Source: Macrostomum lignano (taxonomy: Eukaryota). From it: a DNA stretch of 64,000 nt. Of the stretch, positions 47,376-60,000 are shown one piece after another. The position numbers were made by a program, and so were the translations under genes. Position 1 is the first letter of the stretch, and every line of letters begins with the position of its first letter. The stretch spans positions 1-64,000 of the forward strand of contig NIVC01003912.1 in assembly GCA_002269645.1 (NCBI GenBank). The letters run 5' to 3'. A model generated the notes under the pieces. It saw only the letters and a list, made by a program, of their open reading frames with translations, was not told the DNA's origin and ran no database searches.

Positions 47376-49399
47376 CGCATTCATAATTCTCACTTTGTCA
47401 CTATACTAGTAATTTGACTGACCATTGGCTTCACGAAAATTATCTCTTTTTTCACAAAGCTATCAAAGTCTACTAGTCTCTATCCAGAGCATTCTATTAG
47501 ACAAAAATTACACAGTATGTTTCACTCGTCTACAGAAAACGGAATAGTATTTTTAAATTACATCGAAATTCGGCCGACGTATGAATTGTTGACGTTATCC
47601 GTCAATGTAAAATGTCAAAAGCACATTATCATCGACGTCGATAGGCGTCGCGGGTACGTACGGTCGGCCAGACTATAGTAATCACGTTAAACTGATCGTG
47701 TACGTACATATATATAGTACGGGGCTGTGTAAAAAAATTGCCGTAATAAAACAGTCATAGTGGGGCCAAGTGGCATTTCGCATAACGATACAAGGCATGT
47801 AGTGAATTCTATTAGTGTCGAACTCTTTGAAAATTAAGCACTTTGTACATGTACATAGCATACATGCTGTAACGACCTCAAAGGGCTATAATGTCTCAAC
47901 AAATTAATAACTTCATTGACTCTGTATATTATACATGTATGACCATCAGAGCACCGGAGATTTTAAGCCTAACTTTATGTTGAATTCTGCGTTTTCTGCA
48001 TAGGTTCTCGTTCTCGTAAGAGGCCCGGCCGGAGATCTGTAGCTCTAACAGCGGCGTTGCTATCAGCCAAGTGACGTCACCTACCAAGCCGCGATTTAAT
48101 CCGCTAAGAAAAGGGGTGGGGTTACGTTCAAAAGAGAGGGGTCGTCCGTATCAGTACTTGCAGCATGTGCTTGACACGTTAAAACTGGGAGGGTTATAAC
48201 TTCGTCATATCACTAATTTTACTATCAAGTATAACAAATAGTGAAGCAGATCTTCTAAATTTAGGTGTATAAACGAATAATAAGCCTAATATCAGAAAAA
48301 ATTAACACACAAAACATATATCGTAAGCATAAAAATAAAGTGTACACCTGTCCAAGGGCTGAAACTGTTTTTTGAGTACTTGTTTCGACTAAAGTGCAAA
48401 TTATGCCGTCAAGGTGCGGCGGCATCAACGTGTGGCTGTGGCCTTTTATTCTGTTCGCTTGTTACTGTTCTGTACAGACAGTACAGTCTGTCTATATGTG
48501 GCCTAGGGCCTATCAGTTCTACTGCAATGCCTTAATGAAAGCTTGAACAATTTCTAACTGATAGTGTTAGCATAGGCCTACCATAAGTTATAACAGCATA
48601 GTTTGTTTTTTTAAGACAAAGTAAGCCTACTATGTGTATGCAAATAAAAAATGCTTTTACTTTTCACATTTACTTAGTAATAGTAATATCTCATTAAGTT
48701 TAGGTAAGAGTGCTTAATCAGGCTTAAGTCTCCTAAAATCTTTATTTATACTTAAAATAGTTTGTAGACTTTTCTAGAGTCAAAATAATTTAACAAATGC
48801 CAATGGAACTTGACAATGTCAATTGCCATTGACATTAAATTAATATTTAATTTTTCTTTTAGGCTTTAGGCCTATTGAGTATTTTATTGTCTACAAATTT
48901 TATGCTACCTATCTATAACCTATCCTTAGAATCGTTTTTAGCTTTGCCTTTATTTAAGTTTAATAATAGACCTAGGGCCAAGGCCTATTAAGAAATATTC
49001 TCACACTTGAATTTTTAGCAAAATGAAGCTTTTGTTGATTTCAGTTTCTCAAAACATGTTAGCTATATCTTCTATGTTAATTAATGTTATATTCTTAATT
49101 TCATACTAGGCCTATGGTCTTACTATGGTGCAAATTTCGCACCAAGCACTAAAATTTATGAAAGAAGCGCAAATCCGCAAATATTGAGGCCAGGCGCAAA
49201 TTACAGCCTTGTGAATTTTTGCACCATTGTTTTTTTTTCAAATTTGTATTTAAAGCAGTAACTTTTTCATCTTACACTCATACCTTGTACATCTTGTTTT
49301 AGTTTCATGTATCCAAAATAAATCTAATTTAAGAAAGTCTCAGCCAAGGCAGAACTATTGTTTGAATAAAAGATGTTTGCAGTCTTGAGGTTGAGATGC

Positions 49400-50040
49400 G
49401 ACTACATTGGCATGCCATTGACCAGGCTCAGATTGTGGCCAATAAACCAATAGTCATTGAATTTGAAGCGCTGTTAAGAAAGCAAGCAACAGGAAACTAC
49501 TTGTTTGCCTGGTTAGAGCATAGCATTATTGGTGCTTCTGCTTCCGCATGGCAATGCCAAAGTGGAGCAGATCTTTAGCAACCTTAACAACGTCATGACA
49601 AATAAACCTAGAAGTTTGGCTCTTATGACAATCAATTCTTTGATTGTTGCAGCCCCATGTCTTCAAGTCAAGGGCTAGACAGCGGCAACACTACCAGTCT
49701 TCTTTAGATTGCTCAATTTATACATTAGTGCCAATGCCACTTATAGGCAGTGCTTGAAAGACAAACGAAAGGTGGAAGAAGTGGCGCAGCAAAAGCAACT
49801 GGAAGAGTCACCCTGGCTTGAAGTTTCATCTGAAAAAAAATCAAGCAAGACATTCAAAGACTTGGAAGAGGCTATTGAGAACTTAAAAAAGAAAATTGAG
49901 CGCATATTAGAAAGGAAAGAATTGGCATAGAAGCTGCTAGAAAAGGTACATAAAGCTTCAAAGTCTAAAGGGAAAGAGCTAGATGAGTTGAGGCGGCAGC
50001 ATGAGAAGCTACTAAAAAAAGAGAGCAACAAGTGGAATGT
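49400..50040 (+). pseudogene. Decayed hAT-superfamily transposase C-terminus (dimerisation domain plus coiled coil)
   Basis: VLLLPHGNAKVEQIFSNLNNVMTNKPRSLALMTINSLIV (about 49530-49650) matches the hATC motif LP.SNA.VER.FS.L..+.T..R..L. It is followed by a K/E-rich coiled coil with stops. Confidence 0.62.
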
Positions 50041-52660
50041 TAAGGATGCTCGCGATCTTGTATTTGCTTGCTATTCTATTTGCAAAATAAACATATTTTT
50101 TAATCATTGAAGCAGGTTTTAACTCAATCAATTCCTCAAACAAATCATTTGAGGAATTGAGGCATTTTTGGAAATTTTTTGTTGACACTTAGCTTTGGTT
50201 TCATTTTTTGTAAGTTTGTAATATCTTTATCTACAAGCATTTGCATAAAATTAGTTTATTTCACAATAATGTAGGCCTTACTAGTATGTAGGATTAAGTA
50301 TAGAATTTTTTAATGCACACTGATTTACAACTCAAAAATATGCCAACACTGTCAGGCGCGGAAATTCAGTACCAGGCACAAAAAAAATCGGTGCAGCTGA
50401 GTGGGACCACTGATTTCATACTCAATATTTTGGTCTATAAAAAAATTAAATCTTATTAATTTGTTACAAAGGGCTTTGTTTTATCTTATATAATACTAAC
50501 AATGTTACCAAGTTGTTACAGTGTTAATATAATCTTTTCTAAGCTTATGAAAAATCCTACAGATACTACCAAGTTGGCATAGGTATATTTGTACTATTGT
50601 TTAATCAACAATTTACAATTAACAATTTAACTATCAATTGTAGTAGGTTTTCTAATTTTGTCCAAGCAATTTTTTTTACAATTGTTATCAAGTTTCCATT
50701 ATAAAATTATTTACTTGACTTTACTTTATCTAGGTACTAGTCATTTGGATGACAAATTGATTAGAACCTAGAAGCAAGTTGCTTTTGTTATAGACACAAT
50801 TTGTTATTGATAAAAGTTAAAGAAATTAGAAATATAATTTTTTAGTTAGTGACAGGTGCGTAATAATATTAATTAGCTTGTAATTATTTGTTTCATTCAT
50901 ATTTAAAAAATTCTATCAAAATATTAATATGTATAAAAAAGTCATACTAATTATATGGTATTCTTTCTATGCAGATCATTTTGAATTTTCCTAGAATATT
51001 CAGACATCTAAACCATAAACCTATAGAGAATCCTTTTGAAATGTTAACTACAAGAAAAGCAGAGATATTTACTAGACACTAAAAACAAAATAACTATTAC
51101 CTAAGGATATTTTTCTTCTTATCAAAACATTTGTCACCAAAATGTCTTGTCACCAAAACAATTATAATCCTTTTATCTCTAGTACAAATCTTTTACTAAC
51201 TATATATAGACCATTGTCAATACAATTTACCTTGGTAGCTTTGGTACCTGAGTGTCAAGACACTGCTAACTAATAATCACTAATCTATATATTCCAGTAT
51301 GGCATTAACAATGACCAAAAGGTTTCTAGCTTTTTAGCACTATCTCAATTTAACTTTGCATTGCATTATTTTGATTGTAATAGCTTGTGTCTATTTCTAG
51401 TGTTGGACAAGTTACTTTGAAAAAGTAATTTTCAGTTAAGTAATTTCTACTTCCAAGGAAAATAACTTCTGGCACTTGTTCTGGTACTGGTACTCTTTAA
51501 AAAAGTAACTTTTAGTACTTCTATTACTGGTCCTTTCTAATTTTAAAGAACTGCTAATTAAAAAGTACTTAAACATGTATTTGTGAAATTTATTGCAATC
51601 TGGCACCCTGCTATTGACTGGCTTCCTAGAGCATAGACATATCCTCTGACTAAAAAGAACTCATATTTAAGAGATTTTTGCAAATATTTTCTTTAGAGCA
51701 AAGTGTAAAATTTGAAATTACACTAGCCTTGACTTTGTTTTGGTACTCAAGCAAGTTGCAAAACTATCAAACTTTCAATAAAAACAAAGTTGGCTAAGAC
51801 AAAGTTTTGGTACTTTGTTTTGGTATTCAAGTTGCAAAACTATTAAAATTTCAATAAAAACCTTGTCAAAATTAATGGCACTTTTGATTATATCTCTTTT
51901 TAAGATGGTCCAAATAATATGTTGTACCATTTTATAGTAGCAACTCTCTTCTTCATATTAAATTTAATATATTTTAAAATAGGCAATGGAAACAAAAGTT
52001 ATAAACAAAAATATAGCAGAAAGTAGCAAAAAGTACTTTTGATTGAATGCACTCAAACTTCTTTGTAGGCTACTTTGACAAAAATATGTTTATAGAAAAA
52101 CTAAAAAAAATTTAAGCCTTTTAAAATAGCAAAATATTTCAGACTTCGGTTTTAGCTTCATTGCTTTTTATTCCCTCCTTTTTTGAGTGCCAAAAACCAT
52201 ATATATACATTTAAGTGTTGCTTAGAAAAGTGTGATGACCAGCATCAATGCTGATTCATAATCCATGGCTTTAGTGAATGGTCAACTGTGGAATATTGAG
52301 CCTCTTAAACACCTTAGATTGCTATTCAATAGTCTTTATCTAGATTATTGAGGGTAGTTTTGGCAAAGAGTCACAAACATGTGGCAACCTGTCCTAGGCT
52401 GTTCTATCCTTCCATCTTGAAACTGATCCATCTAGCAATAGATAGTCATTTTTTCTATAAACATACTTATTGATAGCTAAAATTTTCCTAAAGTTATTTT
52501 TTAAAAACTGTTTAATTGACATTTAAATTATTACAAATGATCAATATAAAACTGTTAGCAAATAGACAAAAGTGCATTTGCATTTTGCTTAGAAATAGTT
52601 TTGAAGTCACTATAGTTTTAAATAAAATTGTGTTCAAGTTTGGCATTTTTAATTGGGTAG

Positions 52661-52964
52661 CAGGGGCGGATTTTGGGGGGAGTGGCCGCCCCCCCCCCCT
52701 CCAAAATAGCTTAACCAAACATATTGCGCCCCCCAAAAAACCTAAATTTGCGCCCCTAAACGTGATTTTTCGCCCCAAACGCCTTTTTAGCGCCCCTAAG
52801 CTTGATTTTTCGCCCCCAAACGCCTTTTTAGCGCCCCTAAGCTTGATTTTTCGCCCCTACACGCATTTTTGCGCCCCTAGCTTAAAAATTGGCGCCCCTT
52901 ACACTCATGTTGGCGCCCCAAACTTGGACCGCCCCCCCCAAATGAAACTCTGGATCCGCCACTG
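52661..52964. mobile_element. hAT-type MITE (304 bp) with internal CGCCCC repeats
   Basis: Ends CAGGGGCGGATT / GGATCCGCCACTG, with an exact 8-bp TSD TTGGGTAG at 52653-52660 and 52965-52972. Confidence 0.9.
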
Positions 52965-53146
52965 TTGGGTAGTATTTATTACCATAATCTTTTAACAGTC
53001 TAAAATCTAGGTGAAACTTTCATCATATTACTAGATATAAGTAGTAATGTGGAAGTTACTTGTGCACTATATAATGTGTCCACTATATGTTAATTGGTAT
53101 AACTAACTATATTAAAATTGCATGTGCTACAGTACTTGGCTAAGAC

Positions 53147-56100
53147 ATGAGCACTAACATAGAGCTGCGAGATGCTGACTCTGCATTAGATTACCTTGCT
53201 AGCCAGGTGTGCGGTCCAAGCAGTCAGTTTCTATCTGCTGGCCGCCCCTTATGCGGCCTTCGAGTCCACGGTGTAGCCGGAGTTACTCACATCTCCGAGC
53301 TGCTGTCCCGGTCGCATCCGACCGAAGTCCGGGCAATCCTTGTTCACTACTTGGGCCTGCTGGCTGCCGGCACTTTCACTGCGCCAATGTCGGCCTTGAG
53401 TCCGCTGACGCCGCATCTGCTTGAGTCTGGCGACTCTGGCCTGGTTACGGTTCTGTGGCAAGAGCTGTCAGCTGACGTCCGAGCCGAGGTCTTTAGCCGG
53501 CTATTCACCGATTTGCACACGCTGATGAAGCGTCAAAGACTAACTGAGACTTTCTACAAAGCTGTCCTGCAGATGATTATTGAATTGGTCGAATTGCAAA
53601 TTGATGGTGTCCGAGTATTTGCCAGATTCCTGCTCCAGATGGAGAACTGGAATTACAACACTGAGGTGCCGGTGCTGTTCGAACGGCTGTCTTTTCTGCC
53701 CGCGTTTCTCTGCTTATCTCCGTTCGCGTCGGAGTCTGTAAGTTGCTGTAATTAATTGGTCACTTTTAAACCAGAAATAGTTAGTAGAAAGCTGAATGAG
53801 CAAAATTGCCTCACAGTCACTGTTGGTTGTGCGCCTGCTTGAATGCCTACAAATCATGCAAATATTTATTTACTTGGGCATATGGCGACTTAAAATAATA
53901 ACGCTTTCAATAAAAATGGGTTGGGTACCATGTGTAGAAGTGAAATGATTTTATGCAACCTAGCGGAGCTCAACGATAGTTTAAAAAGCAAACTCAATGT
54001 GCACCATCGCATCATCGTGTTACCCAGTTTGAAGTGGCCGAGGAACTGTTCCCAGTGGTGGACAATCTGAGCCCAGAAGAGGTTTTGATGAGTCATCGAG
54101 TTATCCACACGGCTCTGGACGTGGCCCGCGATCGGCAGTACCAGCTGCTCTATTCGCTGCTACGCGAGCCGCAGTGCCGCCCGAAGGTGCTGCGTCTGCT
54201 CTGGCGCTGCTGCCGGCTCGGCTCCAGCCGCGGCCAGATGCAATTCGACGAATCGTCCGCTCTGAGCGAAGGCTTCCTGTTGAATCTGCAGGCGACTCTG
54301 TGCAAATTGGCCGCTAAGATTCCATTGGACAAAGTTGATCGGGCATTCTTGCTGAGGCCCGACTGTCCGTTTCCGATCAAAGTGAGTTCAGTGCAGTGCA
54401 CTGGCGCATCAAGGGGTAGGTGGTGCATCAAGGTGCAGGTGGTGCAAGGGTCAGGTGGTGCATCAAGGGGCAGGTGGTGCAAGGGTCAGGTGGTGCATCA
54501 AGGGGCAGGTGGTGCAAGGGACAGGTGGTGCATCAAGGGGCAGGTGGTGCATCAAGGGGCAGGTGGTGCAAGGGTCAGGTGGTGCAAGGGTCAGGTGGTG
54601 CAAGGGACAGGTGGTGCATCAAGGTGCAGGTGGTGCAAGGGTCAGGTGGTGCAAGGGTCAGATGGTGCATCAAGGGGCAGGTGGTGCAAGGGACAGGTGG
54701 TGCATCAAGGGGCAGGTGGTGCATCAAGGTGCAGGTGGTGCAAGGGTCAGGTGGTGCAAGGGTCAGATGGTGCATCAAGGGGCAGGTGGTGCAAGGGACA
54801 GGTGGTGCATCAAGGGGCAGGTGGTGCATCAAGGGGCAGGTGGTGCAAGGGTCAGGTGGTGCAAGGGTCAGGTGGTGCAAGGGACAGGTGGTGCATCAAG
54901 GGTCAGGTGGTGCAAGGGACAGGTGGTGCAAGGGACAGGTGGTGCAAGGGACAGGTGGTGCAAGGGACAGGTGGTCCAGGTGATGCAGGTGGCAGGTGGT
55001 GCATCAAGAGGCAGGTGGATTAATGCATCATCACTAGGTCCATCATCACCCATAAATAACTAATTATCAGGATGACGATGCCCGCCTGATGGCGAACGCC
55101 GGCGAGGTGGCGGCCTGGCGAGGCGAGCTGGGCACCGAGGCGGCCAGCTTCAACACGCAGGGCTTCTTTCTGGCCGCCTACGCGCATCACATCGGCCTGA
55201 TTGCGACGCTGCGCAAGCATAAGCGCAGACTGCGCAATCTGCGTGAAGCGGAACGCATCCTGGACAGCGGAGAGCAGGCGCAGAATGCCGACAGGATTCG
55301 GACATTTCTCAACAGTCAGAAGCGAGCTAAACTGTGCGATCAGGTGAGCGTTCCGTGAATAATTCAAGTTCCGTACCGGTGTCTTTGAATCATTTATTAA
55401 CTCACCCGTTAAAAGCACTAAAACCGTGACAAGAATGGCTAAGGAGTCATTGCAAACCACTCACTAGTGGCTCTCTAGCGACTCTGGGGCGAATCTTGTA
55501 ACCTTTTACCGGCTCAATTGACTGTTGGGTCACGAGCGCATCACGCCTGAGTTGCAGAAAGTCGTCTAAAAATCGCTGTGTTAGCGCTTAACTTTCTACT
55601 AACTCAAGTAGATTATGCGCAGTAGGTTGTCTTATTCATAAAGTGACGCAGATGCGCTTTAGAGATGCAACTCGGTGATTCTACAGCGACTCTAGCACGC
55701 TTCAAATACAACTCTACCAGAGTGACTGTTGTCGCCCAAGAGTCTTTTTAGAGTCGCAGATAATAGAACACCTCAAATTGACTCATTGACGACTTTTTGT
55801 CGACTTGTACCGAGACATCTTTATCGTATTTTACCTGTGTTACCTGCAACGACTATGGGGCGACGCAAGTGACGCTAGGAAGCTTCTATGCCTAGGTACC
55901 GTTTTCATCGGATTGACTCTGCTTTAGTATTTAGAGAATAATAGTGCTTATGAAGACTAAGCTCGGGTTATGAAGACAATTAACAATTGTCGCTAAGTTG
56001 GCATTGCTTACACTGATCCATCTCCGCTAGGCGGCAATCTACCACGAGTCGCTGCTGAGAGACGCCATGTTCTACTACGATCAGCTGGCCGACTGGCTGC

Positions 56101-58668
56101 TCTCCCTGCTGCAGTACGGCGAGCCGCAGCAGTGCAAAGAGCTGCGCAGCCTGCCTGAGTTCTTTCTAGAGGACATGTGCGAACTGCTCGTGCTGGTAAT
56201 CGAATTCCAGCCCGGCTACTTCAAGCAGACTCCCGTGCCGCGCTGCTTCCGCCTGGTGATTGCGGCTCTGTCCCATCCGTATCCGCTGGTGCGCAATCCC
56301 CACTTGGTGTCCAAGCTAGTTGAGATATTATTTTACCTTGATCCCACTGTGCAGCCTCGTATGGAGGCTCAGTTCCATGACCTGGTGATGCAGCAGTGGA
56401 GTCTGGATGGATTAGTCACTAGCCTGTTGCAATTCTACGTGGAAGTTGAAAGCACGGGCTCGAGCAGCGAGTTCTACGACAAGTTCACCATTCGCTATCA
56501 CCTGGCCACTATATTTCACAGCCTCTGGGCGACCCACCTGCACAGGGAGCAGTTCCGTCGACAGTCTCAGAATCCCGTATTTGTACGATTTGTCAACGTG
56601 TTGATTAACGATGCCACCTACCTGTTGGACGAGAGTCTCGGCTGTTTGAAACGAATCCGAGAGATTCAGGACCTTGCAGATTCCGGCTTTCAAGGCTGCA
56701 CCGCCGAGCAGCAGGGAGAACTTAAACAGGAGCTGAATAACAATGAGAGACAGGTGCGTTTATGTTATACGGGTGCAAGACTTGTAAGGAACAGTTGGTT
56801 TGGACGGTGTTAGCCAATAAAATGTTCCGCGCCAATGAAATGTGGAGTGGGGTGGGTAATTTTTGTATTCATCTCAGCCAATTAGAAGTTGCTGAAGTGA
56901 AGTGGTGCCTTTTCTATTCGCTGTAGTCAATAAGAAATGACTGGGTGTGAGTTGCGTGACTTCTCTATTTGTCTCAGCCAATGAGAGGCGACTGGAGTGA
57001 GGTGGGTGACTTCTCTGATTGTCTTAGCCAATGAGAAGCGGCTGGAGTGAGTAAGATGGCTTCTCTGTTTGTCTCAGCCAATGAGAAGCGGCTAGAGTGA
57101 CGTGGGTGACTTCTCTATTCGTCTCAGCCAATGAGAAGCGAATAGAGTGAGGTGGGTAGCTTCTCTATCCATGCCAGGCAAAAAGGAGCGACTTCGTAGA
57201 GGGTTATTATTGATTTCTCCCAGCCAAAAATTTTCCACAAACTGACCTAACACCAACCTGCAGGTGAAATCCTACCTGACCCTGTCGCTAAAAACGGTGG
57301 AAATGTTCAACTACCTGACTCAAGAGCTGCCCAGGGCTTTCATGAACGGCGAACTAGTGGAGCGGTTAGCAACTATGCTCAACTACAATCTCAAGCAGCT
57401 CTGCGGCAGCAAGTGCAACACTTTAAAAGTCCGAAGTCCGGACAAATACGGCTGGGAGCCGAGGTCCATGCTGAGCAATTTTATCACCATCTACTTGAAT
57501 CTGGCCGTCCAGCCCGAGTTCCAGGAGGCCATTGTGAATGACGAGCGCAGCTACTCGGAGTCGCTGCTCCCCCAGGCTATCGAACGGATCCGACGGGCCG
57601 GCATTCGCTCCGAGATGGATCTGCAGGTGCTGGAGCGGCTGCGGGAGCGGACAGACGAGATCGCCAATGCCAGGCGGCAGGTTGACTTGGACTATGACAA
57701 TGCGCCGGACGAGTTCATGGACGAGATGATGTTCACTCTCATGTCCGACCCTGTGGAGCTGCCCACTGGACAGGTGCGTGTTGTTTGCATGTCTGCCTGT
57801 CAATAGCTGTGCCAGCCTCTCAGGTCCTCTGTTGCTAAGGCCACCCTCCCAGATCCTCAGTTGCTAGGCCAGCCTCCCAGATCCTCAGTTGCTGGGCCAG
57901 CCTCCCAGATCCTCAGTTTCTGGGCCAGCCTCCCAGAGTGTCAGTTGCTAGGCCACCCTCCCAGGTCCTCTGTTGCTAAGGCCAGCCTCCCAGATCCTCA
58001 GTTGCTGGGCCAGCCTCCCAGATCCTCAGTTGCTGGGCCAGCCTCCCAGATCCTCAGTTGCTGGGCCAGCCTCCCAGATCCTCAGTTTCTGGGCCAGCCT
58101 CCCAGAGTGTCAGTTGCTAGGCCACCCTCCCAGGTCCTCTGTTGCTAAGGCCAGCCTCCCAGATCCTCAGTTGCTGGGCCAGCCTCCCAGATCCTCAGTT
58201 GCTGGGCCAGCCTCCCAGATCCTCAGTTGCTGGGCCAGCGTCCCAGATTCTCAGTTGATAGGCCACCCTCCCAGATCCTCAGTTGCTGGGCCAGCCTCCC
58301 AGATCCTCGGTTGCTAGGCCAGCCTCCCAAATCCTCAGTTTCTAGGCCAGCCTTCTCAGTTGCTAGGCCACTCTCCCAGATCCTCAGTTGCTAGGCCAGC
58401 CTTCTCAGTTGCTTTGCCAGATCCTCTTCAACTGTCTGCCGCAGCCTGACCCCCTGCTGTCTCCCCCTTTCTAAACTTTCAGATTTTGGACCGAGCCACC
58501 ATCAGGCGCCACCTGTTGAACTCGGCCACCAATCCCTACTCAAAGATGCCCATGTCCGAGTCCGATCTGAAAGAGCTGCCGGAGCTTCGCAATCGAATTG
58601 CCGCTTGGAAAGCCGAACGGGACGCCGAGAGACGAGGCGGAGCTCGAGGTGAGCCAATGCAGCACTGA
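53147..58668 (+). CDS. UBE4B: Ubiquitin conjugation factor E4 B (Ufd2 core plus U-box), six exons
   Basis: Exons 53147-53737, 54028-54381, 55071-55343, 56031-56753, 57264-57773 and 58483-58668, with all internal junctions phase 0 GT-AG (about 878 aa). Diagnostic motifs: SSEFYDKFTIRYH (UBE4B-type), FVRFVNVLINDATYLLDESL, VERLATMLNYNLKQLCGSKC..LKV, and U-box [37 protein letters not shown]. The N-terminus may be incomplete. Confidence 0.93.
54405..55015. repeat. Mixed 16/19-bp minisatellite (CAGGTGGTGCAAGGG(T/A) and CAGGTGGTGCATCAAGGGG) filling UBE4B intron 54382-55070
   Basis: Directly visible, with dozens of CAGGTG motifs. Confidence 0.95.
56810..57230. repeat. Degenerate 50-bp tandem repeat (TCTCAGCCAATGAGAAGCGGCTGGAGTGAGGTGGGTGACTTCTCTATTTG) in UBE4B intron 56754-57263
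   Basis: TTCTCT recurs at 56961, 57011, 57061, 57111 and 57161; the copies at the edges are more diverged. Confidence 0.88.
57810..58425. repeat. 28-bp minisatellite GTTGCT(A/G)GGCCAGCCTCCCAGATCCTCA with higher-order variants, in UBE4B intron 57774-58482
   Basis: Period 28. A 29-nt GCTAAGG variant recurs at 57831, 57972 and 58141. Confidence 0.95.
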
Positions 58669-58873
58669 ACTGGGCTGGTGTAGCACCCACAGACTGATTG
58701 CGTCACCTCTGCATCATCAAATCTTTTTATTACATTTTGATGCATTTCTTTGTTGAGGTCCTGTCCACACTAGTTAAAATCGATGGCCCTTACTGAAGTA
58801 ATGTGCGAGACAAGGCTTGACTGTCTCAGGTAAGGTGGCTTCTCTATTAGACGTTGGTGATACGTCTAATAGG

Positions 58874-59416
58874 TGAGATCTTAGATCTACTGTCTCATAG
58901 GTGAGATCTCACTGCTACTGTCTCATAAGTGAGATATCACTGCTACTGTCTCATATGTGAGATATCACTGCTACTGTCTCATAGGTGAGATATCACTGCT
59001 ACTGTCTCATAGGTGAGATCTCAGTGCTACTGTCTCATAGGTGAGATCTCACTGCTACTGTCTCATAGGTGAGATATCACTGCTACTGTCTCATAGGTGA
59101 GATCTCACTGCTACTGTCTCATAGGTGAGATATCACTGCTACTGTCTCATAGGTGAGATCTCACTGCTACTGTCTCATAGGTGAGATATCACTGCTGCTG
59201 TCTCATAGGTGAGATCTCACTGCTACTGTCTCATAGGTGAGATATCACTGCTACTGTCTCATAGGTGAGATCTCAGTGCTACTGTCTCATAGGTGAGATC
59301 TCACTGCTACTGTCTCATAGGTGAGATATCACTGCTACTGTCTCATAGGTGAGATCTCACTGCTACTGTCTCATAGGTGAGATCTCAGTGCTACTATCTC
59401 ACGGGTGAGATCTCAG
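58874..59416. repeat. 28-bp minisatellite CTACTGTCTCATAGGTGAGAT(C/A)TCACTG, about 19 copies, 3' of UBE4B
   Basis: Period 28. The C-variant units contain the perfect 12-bp palindrome GTGAGATCTCAC. Confidence 0.96.
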
Positions 59417-60000
59417 AAGTACTCATTATAATCTGAGTGAGAACTCAGATAATTTCAGTTAAAATTCCGGTGCTAACAAAATCTCACTTGGGATAATTAT
59501 GCCGTCTGTCGCCATCATTAGTCTTAGTAGACTTCGGATGTCTTGATAACTGCTAATTGCTGCTTTTTCAATGCTTTTTTTGTAGTTGTTTGTTTCCTCA
59601 CCGAATATCCCAGTGCACTCGCTGATCAGTTATCCTAGCTGTGTTGCATATTTAATGGGCGTTTCTGCTTTTTTGTATTGTAAATCGCCTTCCCTTTACT
59701 ATTAGCCAACTATAAATGTTGATCTGCTTTGCTGCATCAGAAGTATTCTGTTGTTTAATTTTGCGTATCAATTATTTTATCATTAATATTTTGCTTGTTT
59801 TCTCGCAAAAAGTCGTTTGTTATTTGTACTGTGTACTTTAGATAGGTTTGCTCGTTATGTTTTTGTTAGGCCCTAGAAATGACAGTTTCTGAAAGCAATT
59901 TATCGATAAGTTTGCTGGTTGAATTGTTTAATTATATATCTTATATTCGTAGTCACTTTCAGTTCCTTAGTAAAATGTTTAATTACCTATGGTACTTTAG

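Noticed and set aside
52512-52995. 159-aa and 88-aa ORFs upstream of UBE4B as possible first exons
   Set aside because: They run across an hAT MITE with a perfect TSD and its internal CGCCCC repeats, with no Ufd2 similarity.
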